In this document: piece by piece, positions 24,361 to 32,000 of the stretch
Layout: every line of letters begins with the position of its first letter
Position numbering within the stretch: the first letter of the stretch is position 1
Notes under the pieces: model-generated
Told to the model about the DNA's origin: nothing
Seen by the model: only the letters and a program-made list of their open reading frames with translations
Databases searched by the model: none
NCBI RefSeq assembly: GCF_000018305.1
Contig: NC_009954.1
Span: 390,001-422,000 of the forward strand
Length of the DNA stretch: 32,000 nucleotides
Direction of reading: 5' to 3'
DNA from: Caldivirga maquilingensis IC-167
Lineage (GTDB): Archaea > Thermoproteota > Thermoprotei > Thermoproteales > Thermocladiaceae
Position numbers and translations under genes: made by a program

Positions 24361-25181
24361 TGCAGAGTAGGCTACTGGCCACACCGGAGAGGGCTAATAT
24401 ACTACTTGGGCCCTCCTGGAGGACTGTGAAGGAGAAAGTAATGGGCATGATTAATGATTACCAGTTAATGGCCCTAGTGGGTAGGGCTGGGTCGGGTAAG
24501 ACTCACATGGCCTTGAACATATGCAGTGAACTTAGGAGGGAGTGGTTATGCATGTACCTTGATGCCGCCCAGTTAACCGATAAGAGACTTGGTCAGTTAC
24601 TGGGTGTGGCGGTTAAGAATAATGAGGACTTCATTAAGGGAGTTATGAGGCTGGCTAAGTCAAAGAGGCTTAATGGCACTTTGTCCAGGTTCATTAAGCT
24701 AAGCATCAATGACCTCATATCAGCATCCCTAAACTACCCGGTGGACTTCCTAACAATGCTACATGACCTAACCCTAGCCGTTGGTTTAAAGGGCCTGGTG
24801 CTGGTTATTGATGAAGGTGCGTTAAGCCAGGATGACCAATCAATAGGAGGATTCATAACCGCGGTGCATACCTTGAGGAACACTATGCCTAGGTTAAGTG
24901 GATTAAGGGTTATTTTAACCATGCTCCCCGATGTGGTTGATTACATTGCTAAAAACGACCCACCACTCTTCGAGATACTAAACATGGGTGTAGTCAATAT
25001 GCCTGACTACGTAACTGAGGAGGATTTAATGGAGGTAGCTGATGCATATGATCTGAACGGTGAATTACTTGAATTAATTAAAGCAAGTAACCTATCAATG
25101 AGGCAAGTAATATGCGTCGCCGAGTTAAAGGACCTTCAGAGGTGTGGGCTTCAGGGTGAGGTTGAGGTAACCATAACTTAA
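24360..25181 (+). CDS. P-loop NTPase (AAA/ORC-like or AAA_22-like), 273 aa
   Basis: Walker A GRAGSGKTH and Walker B GLVLVIDEG. Translationally coupled to the 23851-24360 ORF. Confidence 0.65.
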   Translation: MQSRLLATPERANILLGPSWRTVKEKVMGMINDYQLMALVGRAGSGKTHMALNICSELRREWLCMYLDAAQLTDKRLGQLLGVAVKNNEDFIKGVMRLAKSKRLNGTLSRFIKLSINDLISASLNYPVDFLTMLHDLTLAVGLKGLVLVIDEGALSQDDQSIGGFITAVHTLRNTMPRLSGLRVILTMLPDVVDYIAKNDPPLFEILNMGVVNMPDYVTEEDLMEVADAYDLNGELLELIKASNLSMRQVICVAELKDLQRCGLQGEVEVTIT

Positions 25182-25254
25182 TACTTTAAGTTAACTATAG
25201 GGAAGTATTTTACCTAATTCCCTTATAAGGCTCCCAGCTTAAACAGTATTAGGC

Positions 25255-25773
25255 ATGCCATCACTGTTATCGGTCATTTCAACAGCCGTATCGGGGCAGG
25301 GGATTAAGGTAATCGTCAATAGGGATATACCTAAGGTTGAGGTTAATGAAATAACCTTCGGAGGTTACTCAACAGGTGACTTAGTCACATTACCAGTACC
25401 ACTGGTTGAGAGACTTCTTAGGCGTAGGTACGTTTCACTAACTCAACAGGACCTGGTTACAGTGGATGATGTTAAGAGGATTCACTGGACTGAGGGTAAG
25501 GAGGCTGAGTTAACTAAGCTTGATAAGTTATTCTACGTTAAGGCTAGGTTAAGCGCATTAGGTAGCGGTCAAGGGAATTCAAGGGAATTAATGATTGCCC
25601 TAAGGGACCTAGTCTCCATTAGGCTTAAGAAGATACTAAACATGATTAGTGTATCACCATCAGGTCTACCTCAGGAAATCATGGATAAGTTAACCATTGA
25701 GGAGGAGCTACTCGTTAAGGAGTTGACTAGGGTTATTAATCCATGGTTCAACATGGTGATTAATAATGAGTAA
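25255..25773 (+). CDS. Probable GINS subunit (Gins23/Psf2-Psf3-like)
   Basis: 172 aa. A small beta-rich N-terminal segment is followed by DLVTLPVPLVERLLRRRYVSL (resembles the Psf2-type VPLWLA..L..R motif) and then a helical domain. The stop overlaps the mcm start by 8 nt, matching the gins23-mcm synteny known in Sulfolobus. Confidence 0.6.
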   Translation: MPSLLSVISTAVSGQGIKVIVNRDIPKVEVNEITFGGYSTGDLVTLPVPLVERLLRRRYVSLTQQDLVTVDDVKRIHWTEGKEAELTKLDKLFYVKARLSALGSGQGNSRELMIALRDLVSIRLKKILNMISVSPSGLPQEIMDKLTIEEELLVKELTRVINPWFNMVINNE

Positions 25774-27832
25774 TGAGGAATTACTTCAACTGAGTAGGGA
25801 TGAGTTGATTAATAGGGTTGAGAAGTTTCTGAGACAGGTTGAGAAGTATGATGAGGAGTTAAGCCTAGTAATAGTGAATAGGAGGAGGTCACTTGTAGTG
25901 GATTTCAATGATCTCCTACTCTACGATAAGCAGTTAGCCGACTACCTAATTGAGAAGCCTGATTTAGTGATTGAAAGCGCCTCAGAGGCCGTTGGTAGAT
26001 TAATAGAGGAAAAGGACCCTGAGTACGCTAGGCTTGTTCAAAGATTCCACGCCAGGTTTAGGTTAAGCCCAATGGAGAGGATGAGCATTAGGAGGCTTAG
26101 GAGCGAACACTTGGGTAGATTCGTCTCAATTGAGGGTATTGTGCTTAGGCAGACACCGCCAATGCACTACGTTAAGATGGCTAAGTTCAGGTGTAATCAA
26201 TGCGGATACGAGGTAACGGTAACCACGGACACCTATAATTCACTTCAACCACCTAAGAAATGCCCCCAATGCGGTGCAGTGAACTCAATGGTATTCGTAA
26301 CTGAGGAATCAGTGATAACTGATTGGCAGAAGATACTTGTTCAAGAGAAGCCTGAGGAAACCCCCTCAGGTCAATTACCGAGGAGTATTGAGGCTGTCTT
26401 AACCGATGACTTAGTTGACACAGTTAAGCCTGGTGATAGGGTTATGTTGAGTGGGGTACTTGAGATAAATCTGTTTGAACCAAGGAGGGGTAAGTTACCT
26501 GTGTTCTCAAGGTTAATTAACGTTAATTACATTGAGAGCCTACAGAAGGAGTTCGCTGAAATAGAGATAACCCCCCAGGATGAGCAGGAGATAAGGAAGC
26601 TAGCCATGCTTCCAGACGTTAAGGAGAGGATTATTGCATCAATAGCACCCTCAATTTATGGTCTTGATGACGTTAAGGAGGCTATAGCCTGTCTACTCTT
26701 CGGTGGTGTGCCTAAGGAACTACCTGATGGGACTAGGATAAGGGGTGATGTCCATGTTCTACTGGTTGGTGACCCAGGTACGGCTAAGTCGCAGCTGCTT
26801 AAGTACGTGGCCAGGATAGCGCCAAGAGCAGTCTACACCACTGGTAAGGGATCCACTGCGGCTGGTTTAACAGCGGCTGTGGTTAGGGATGGGTTAACCG
26901 GTGAATTTTACCTAGAGGCTGGTGCATTAGTCTTGGCTGATATGGGGGTTGCTGTGGTTGATGAGATTGATAAGATGGATGCTAAGGATAGGGTTGCTAT
27001 GCATGAGGCCATGGAGCAGCAGACCGTCTCAATAGCTAAAGCCGGCATATTAGCCACACTTAACGCTAGGGCAAGCGTCCTAGCCGCCTCAAACCCAGCC
27101 TTCGGTAGATACCTACCCAATAGGACTGTGGCTGAGAACGTTGACTTACCCGTAACCCTATTGTCTAGGTTTGATTTAATATTCATAATTAGGGATGAAC
27201 CCAATATTGATAGGGATAGGACTGTGGCTGAGCATGTGGCTAAGCTACACTCAGGTGAGTTGACTCAAGGCTTCAGGAACATGATTAGGGTTGACTTACT
27301 TAGGAAGTACATTGCCTACGCCAGGAAGTACATTAAACCAGTCCTAACCCCTGAGGCTAAGGATAGGATAGTGGGCTTCTACACCCAAATGAGGGCTAAG
27401 TCAACCCAAGAGGCTGGTTCACCAGTGGCCATTACAGCTAGGCAACTTGAGGCATTGATTAGGTTAACTGAGGCTGAGGCTAAGATGAGGCTAAGCAGCA
27501 TAGCCACCGCTGAGGACGCTGAGAGGGCTATTAGGTTATTCATGAGGTTCCTGCAGAGTGTTGGCATTGATATGGAGACAGGTAACATTGATATTGACGT
27601 AATCATGACTGGTAAACCCAGGAGTCAGCAGGAGAAGATTGCACTATTAATGAGTCTAATAGCTAAGCTTGAGGAGATTAATAATAATAAGCCAATCAAG
27701 GTTGAGGAACTTTACAGGGAGGCTGAGAACGAGGGGCTTGATAGGGCTACAGTGGATAAGATACTGAGTATACTTAAGAGTAATGGGGAAATATATACAC
27801 CTAAGCAGGGTTACATTAAGAGAACCGTTTAA
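25766..27832 (+). CDS. mcm: MCM replicative helicase
   Basis: 688 aa. Zinc finger CNQCGY...CPQCG, Walker A GDPGTAKS, Walker B VVDEIDKM, arginine finger SRFDL, C-terminal winged helix. No intein. Confidence 0.97.
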   Translation: MSNEELLQLSRDELINRVEKFLRQVEKYDEELSLVIVNRRRSLVVDFNDLLLYDKQLADYLIEKPDLVIESASEAVGRLIEEKDPEYARLVQRFHARFRLSPMERMSIRRLRSEHLGRFVSIEGIVLRQTPPMHYVKMAKFRCNQCGYEVTVTTDTYNSLQPPKKCPQCGAVNSMVFVTEESVITDWQKILVQEKPEETPSGQLPRSIEAVLTDDLVDTVKPGDRVMLSGVLEINLFEPRRGKLPVFSRLINVNYIESLQKEFAEIEITPQDEQEIRKLAMLPDVKERIIASIAPSIYGLDDVKEAIACLLFGGVPKELPDGTRIRGDVHVLLVGDPGTAKSQLLKYVARIAPRAVYTTGKGSTAAGLTAAVVRDGLTGEFYLEAGALVLADMGVAVVDEIDKMDAKDRVAMHEAMEQQTVSIAKAGILATLNARASVLAASNPAFGRYLPNRTVAENVDLPVTLLSRFDLIFIIRDEPNIDRDRTVAEHVAKLHSGELTQGFRNMIRVDLLRKYIAYARKYIKPVLTPEAKDRIVGFYTQMRAKSTQEAGSPVAITARQLEALIRLTEAEAKMRLSSIATAEDAERAIRLFMRFLQSVGIDMETGNIDIDVIMTGKPRSQQEKIALLMSLIAKLEEINNNKPIKVEELYREAENEGLDRATVDKILSILKSNGEIYTPKQGYIKRTV

Positions 27833-27933
27833 TCAATCAGCCGGTACGTGAATACTTCACTCCTCCGCCACGAGGGCTCTCATCACTGTTAAATTAGGCT
27901 AAGGGCCTCTTTTAAAATTACCTAGGAGGCAGG

Positions 27934-28809
27934 TTAAGTACGGTTATAGGAACCAAGGGCCATTAACGCCGAGTGCACTTTACCGTTATAGAACCTCGTC
28001 TTAACCCCATTAATCCTCAAGGTTGCATCAACAATATCGCTACTTAACTTAATTGGGTTAACCCCCTTGGTCGCCAGTATGAAGCTTTCAGAGTACATGA
28101 ATGATGGTACCCAAACCTGGTACTCAGTGACTAGAGGGAATATTAACTTAACAGTGTCGTAAACAAGCCCATATTCCCTAGGGAATAGGAAGCTTGAGCC
28201 AGCCTGTACGATCAAGGCCCCATTATCATTAAGCATACTGTAAATACCCCTAATCACATCAACTGAGTAAACCTTAGCACCAATCTCCGAGCCGTATGGG
28301 TCCGTTAAATCCATTATAACCACATCAAACTTCTCCCCAGTGGTTACGGTATTCCTAACGTAGTCAACGGCATCCTGGTAAATCTCCTTAACCCTCGGGT
28401 CCTTGAATGAGTCATTGTGGAACTCCTTAAGGTACTCCTTAACGTAATTAATCAACTCGTAGTCTATATCCACTGTAACAACCTCCTTAACACTACTATA
28501 CTTCACAACCTCCCTTAAGGCAGCACCCTCACCAGTACCCAGTATCAGAACCCTCTCAGGATTACCAACAGTCACCATGGCTGGGTGAACCAGTGACTCA
28601 TGGTAAATGTATTCATCAACCTGAGCCGACTGCAGGATACCGTCAAGGAAGAGTGCCTTACCGAAGTCCTCAAGCTCAACTATGAGAACATGCTGGTACT
28701 TAGTCCTCTCATTAACAAAAATCCTCCTAACACTCATGTAGACCCAGGTGTGGGGTGCAATGTATTGAACACATTGGAGAGGGTTGTGTATCACGTATCC
28801 ATTACTCAT
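27934..28809 (-). CDS. speE: Spermidine synthase / polyamine aminopropyltransferase
   Basis: 291 aa. LFLDGILQS..DEYIYHESLVHP, LILGTGEGAALREV, and VVIMDLTDP are the classical SpeE blocks. Confidence 0.9.
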   Translation of the reverse strand: MSNGYVIHNPLQCVQYIAPHTWVYMSVRRIFVNERTKYQHVLIVELEDFGKALFLDGILQSAQVDEYIYHESLVHPAMVTVGNPERVLILGTGEGAALREVVKYSSVKEVVTVDIDYELINYVKEYLKEFHNDSFKDPRVKEIYQDAVDYVRNTVTTGEKFDVVIMDLTDPYGSEIGAKVYSVDVIRGIYSMLNDNGALIVQAGSSFLFPREYGLVYDTVKLIFPLVTEYQVWVPSFMYSESFILATKGVNPIKLSSDIVDATLRINGVKTRFYNGKVHSALMALGSYNRT

Positions 28810-28922
28810 AGGTTTAAGGTGAAGCAGTGGGTTTATTACTATACCTAAGCATCATTCATTAACCTACACTTATTATTGAACCATGGTTAACCACTAATAC
28901 CCTCATCCCCTAGTATGGGTAA

Positions 28923-30401
28923 TCAACGCCTCCTACTTAACCTAGCAAGCACCATTAGTGCCATTAGGAATTCCACAGCGGAAACCAGGAACATTATGAG
29001 TGATGGTAATGCGTATCCACCAATCATTATGTGGGCTATTATTAAGGCTGCTGCAGGTAAGCCTTCAATAATGATCATCACTAGGGCGTAGATAATCATC
29101 AATGAGACTGATGATACGGAACCCTCCCTAATATTTAACTCGAAGAGAATAGCCATGACTCCTGTGGCAGCCATGGGTAAACCGAAGGCTAATATCACTA
29201 CTGCCTGGAGGCTAATCGGTAATCCATATATTATCATTAACACGGATATGGGTACCATGGCTACGTAGTAGGCTATTAATGTTACCAGGAGCTTACTGGC
29301 TAAGTTCCTTAATGGGGTTATGGGTAAGAGCCTAAAGACAACAGCACCCCTTAATTCGCTTAAGTAAAGGGCGTATGGTATAAACGCTATAATGGCACTA
29401 AGTTCAATAACGTAGGTTAACAGTAACATTGGGTTCAACCTAACACCCCCTGCAATCACCGTGAACACTATTATAACCCAGTAACTTACTGGGATTGCCC
29501 ATATTCCAGCCATTCTTGATCTAAAGGATTGGGTTAAATCAACCCTAACAAGCGCCATGAGTGGGTTCCTAATCCTAAATCCCTTGAATTCACTAGCCTT
29601 AATGACTTGAACCTGCACATTGGATTCAAGAATCCTGTCACTAACCCTCCGCAGCATTAGGTATGCGGCTAGGGTGAAGGCAACAGTGTAAACTATGGTT
29701 AAGTAGAAGGATGCGTTAAGGCCATTAATGAATAGGCCACTGGTTACTGGTATTAGGGATAAGGCTGGGTTAAGTTGACTTGGATTAATGTTAACTGCGT
29801 AACCGAGAATTAATACCGCGAGCATTATTGGAATCATTCCAATAATCCTGGAGACACTCCTACTTATTGTGCTACTTGCCCTCTCAGTAATTATTATGAA
29901 GCCTGAAGCCACTATTACGCCTAAGGAAATTCCCTGGAGAGTACCTAGGAGTGGATAAGGTATACCACCCATTATTACTGATATTAGCGTTGATACTGCT
30001 ATTGAGACGTAGGTCGGAATATCCATAATCATGAAGAGTGATAACGTTGAGGCCGACTTAACAATCCTTGGTTCAAGGGGTAGTGTAGCCAGTAGGCTTC
30101 TAACATTATCAATTTGCTGAAGTGAGAAGGCGACGTTTAATAGGGATGAGAAGATTATGAAGAATGAACCAGTTAAAGTCTCTATTAGACTTACACTGGG
30201 TCTTTTAAGGGCGTAGGGTATAATACCCATTAGACCCACGTAGAAGCCCATTAATGCGCTTAGTATTATCTTATTAATCCTAGCAGCCCTAACAGCCCTC
30301 TCAATGTTCATCGGCCTTAAGCCACTTACCCTAGATGCAGTGTAACCCTGGTACATTAACTCCTTGGATAAAACCGAGGCCAGCCTACGTACACTTACCA
30401 T
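28923..30401 (-). CDS. Polytopic membrane protein, putative permease partner of the upstream ABC ATPase
   Basis: 492 aa with 12 or more hydrophobic helices. Its start overlaps the stop of the ABC ATPase gene by 1 nt (operon). Confidence 0.65.
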   Translation of the reverse strand: MVSVRRLASVLSKELMYQGYTASRVSGLRPMNIERAVRAARINKIILSALMGFYVGLMGIIPYALKRPSVSLIETLTGSFFIIFSSLLNVAFSLQQIDNVRSLLATLPLEPRIVKSASTLSLFMIMDIPTYVSIAVSTLISVIMGGIPYPLLGTLQGISLGVIVASGFIIITERASSTISRSVSRIIGMIPIMLAVLILGYAVNINPSQLNPALSLIPVTSGLFINGLNASFYLTIVYTVAFTLAAYLMLRRVSDRILESNVQVQVIKASEFKGFRIRNPLMALVRVDLTQSFRSRMAGIWAIPVSYWVIIVFTVIAGGVRLNPMLLLTYVIELSAIIAFIPYALYLSELRGAVVFRLLPITPLRNLASKLLVTLIAYYVAMVPISVLMIIYGLPISLQAVVILAFGLPMAATGVMAILFELNIREGSVSSVSLMIIYALVMIIIEGLPAAALIIAHIMIGGYALPSLIMFLVSAVEFLMALMVLARLSRRR

Positions 30402-31147
30402 TAAAGACCCTCCAGTATACTTCTAATCTCCTCCTCAGCATGTATAGCCTTCAGGAACGCATCCTCCAATGTGCCTGCATTAGCCTCCTCCTTAATCCTA
30501 CCTGGAGTACCCTCAGTAACCAGTACACCATCATTAATTATACCTATCCTACTACACACCCTCTCCGCAACCTCCATTATGTGGGTTGAAAATAATATTG
30601 AGCCCCCTGACTCAATATGCCTCTGCATTATCTCCTTAAGTATCCTAACTGACTTTACGTCAAGGAAGTTGAATGGTTCATCAAGAAGCAGGAGCCTTGG
30701 CTCATGCATTAACGCAGCCACTATAGCCACCTTCTGCTTATTACCAGCTGATAACGCGGCTATTGGAGTATTAATGTAATCCTTCAATTCAAAGGCCTCC
30801 AGAAGCGCCTCAACCCTCCTAGCATTGAATGTACCTCTAACAGATCCAAGGAACTCAAGGAACTCCTTCACAGTTAATGCCTCTAAGACAGCTGGAGTCT
30901 CCATAACAACCCCCACGTGATTCATGACCACTGGTGAAGGGGGGCCGAGGCCAAGTACATCTATTAAACCCTCATACTTAACTAAACCTAATACAGCCTT
31001 TATCGTTGATGTCTTACCGGCTCCATTAGGGCCTAGGAGACAGTAGACTTCACCATTATTCACAGTGAAGCTTATACCCTTAACGGCGGTTTTTTCACCA
31101 TACTTAACCACAAGCTTCTCAACTTTAAGTACATCATTATTACTCAT
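30401..31147 (-). CDS. ABC transporter ATP-binding protein
   Basis: 248 aa. Walker A GPNGAGKTS, signature LSAGNKQKV, Walker B LLLLDEPFNFLD, H-loop STHIM. Confidence 0.9.
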   Translation of the reverse strand: MSNNDVLKVEKLVVKYGEKTAVKGISFTVNNGEVYCLLGPNGAGKTSTIKAVLGLVKYEGLIDVLGLGPPSPVVMNHVGVVMETPAVLEALTVKEFLEFLGSVRGTFNARRVEALLEAFELKDYINTPIAALSAGNKQKVAIVAALMHEPRLLLLDEPFNFLDVKSVRILKEIMQRHIESGGSILFSTHIMEVAERVCSRIGIINDGVLVTEGTPGRIKEEANAGTLEDAFLKAIHAEEEIRSILEGL

Positions 31148-31198
31148 TAAATATGCGACTTGAATTAAGTCTTAAAAACTTAACTCACTGAAGACTAG

Positions 31199-31323
31199 GC
31201 GTAAGGTATTTGACTTAAAAATAAGCCTCAGCGTGGTTTATAGATTTTGTGCAGGAAATCTTGTCTTTCTGAGGTGGGGGTGAATGCGTAAGGTTTTTTA
31301 AAATCTGTGCAAAAATAATCTTA
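31199..31323 (+). mobile_element. Putative left end of an IS200/IS605-family (tnpB-only, IS1341-like) element: repeated 9-mer plus nested imperfect hairpin
   Basis: GCGTAAGGT occurs at 31199-31207 and 31286-31294. Nested inverted repeats are CCTCAG (31226-31231)/CTGAGG (31269-31274) and AGATTT (31242-31247)/AAATCT (31256-31261). All lie immediately 5' of the tnpB ATG. The exact IS boundary is not determinable. Confidence 0.35.
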
Positions 31324-32000
31324 ATGCCCACCTTGGGGTTTCGTTTTAGAGCTTACACTAGTGAATTAACGTTGAGGGCGTTAAAAGCCCAGTTGAAGTT
31401 AGCGTGTGAGATATATAATACCCTAAGGTGGGCAGACATCTACTTCTACCATAGGGATGGGGAGGGTTTAACACAAACTGAGTTAAGGCAACTGGCGTTA
31501 GATCTCAGGAAACAGGACGATGAATATAAGCAACTATATTCTCAGGTAGTTCAACAGATTGCTGACCGTTACTATGACGCAAGGAGCCGTTTCTTCAAAG
31601 ACCTGGCGAGATTCCCCAGGGAGAAGAAGCCGCATAAGTACTATTCCCTAGTGTATTCTCAGTATGGCTGGAGGATAATCTCAGAGAGGGAGGTGAGGAC
31701 AAGGAGCAAACATAGGGAGAGGTTACTCACACTAAGACTCAGTAATCTCGGCGTGTTTAAGGTTCTTGTGCATAGGGACTTCCCATTAGATGAGGTGAAG
31801 AGGGTGGCTGTTAAACTGACTCCATCAGAAAGAGTTTTCATAACTTTTATCGTCGAGAACGTTGCATTAGATGTAGGTATTGAGAAGATGTTAACGTCCA
31901 GTGATGGGTGGTTTATTGAGAACTTGAAACCTTACGAGAAGGCATTAAACAGGCTCAGAAGACTGCATAGAGCTCTCTCGAGAAAGAAGTTCCTCTCTCA
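31324..32000 (+). CDS. tnpB: IS200/IS605-family OrfB/TnpB (RNA-guided endonuclease family) transposase-associated protein, N-terminal 225 codons (3' end outside window)
   Basis: Frame 1 is open from ATG 31324 to the window end. The ORF track omits it because no stop is reached. [24 protein letters not shown]...[23 protein letters not shown], the ..[12 protein letters not shown] block and [15 protein letters not shown] (RuvC-I D-x-G block) follow the TnpB layout. Confidence 0.8.
   Translation, partial: MPTLGFRFRAYTSELTLRALKAQLKLACEIYNTLRWADIYFYHRDGEGLTQTELRQLALDLRKQDDEYKQLYSQVVQQIADRYYDARSRFFKDLARFPREKKPHKYYSLVYSQYGWRIISEREVRTRSKHRERLLTLRLSNLGVFKVLVHRDFPLDEVKRVAVKLTPSERVFITFIVENVALDVGIEKMLTSSDGWFIENLKPYEKALNRLRRLHRALSRKKFLS

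Noticed and set aside
31659-31841. 60-aa minus-strand ORF
   Set aside because: It lies antisense within the open tnpB frame (31324 to the window end), which has recognisable TnpB blocks, so it is a shadow ORF.
1-32000. CRISPR arrays, rRNA genes, and large tandem or inverted repeats
   Set aside because: Scanning the spacers by eye, I found no regularly spaced 24-40-bp repeats and no rRNA-like GC-rich long non-coding stretch. The only significant long-range repeat seen is the 18-bp tRNA leader/trailer.

Overview
The window reads as a chromosomal segment from a crenarchaeon, probably Thermoproteales-like (Caldivirga/Vulcanisaeta type). This is an inference from the archaeal informational genes (MCM, GINS-like, Rrp4, SRP19, archaeal adenylate kinase, GPN GTPase), from A/T-rich spacers with TATA-like boxes about 25-30 nt upstream of start codons, and from tRNA sequences that stand out as GC-rich islands. 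It is densely coding, about 40 genes on both strands and mostly housekeeping: malic enzyme, PfkB sugar kinase, spermidine synthase, two ABC transporters, three GNAT acetyltransferases, AMMECR1, a HAD phosphatase and a Gfo/Idh/MocA oxidoreductase. One intact tRNA-Lys(CUU) is present. The window ends inside a tnpB-type (IS200/IS605 family) transposase gene. The strongest non-standard signal is a split tRNA-Ala(UGC). Its 5' piece (2773-2802, + strand) and 3' piece (4236-4190, - strand) are separate genes 1.4 kb apart. An 18-nt trailer and an 18-nt leader are perfectly complementary, and together with the exons they fold into a canonical bulge-helix-bulge splice motif that joins C29 to G30. Split tRNAs are a known but rare class, so I cannot claim this one is new. 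Candidates for uncharacterised systems, all inference-level: a threonine-synthase-fold protein that has lost all PLP-binding motifs and carries a C-terminal winged helix; a winged-helix protein plus P-loop ATPase operon just upstream of gins-mcm; a 465-aa coiled-coil protein coupled to a DUF429-type nuclease-like protein; and a nucleotidyltransferase / RHH protein / KaiC-like ATPase trio. No CRISPR array, rRNA gene or integrase was seen.
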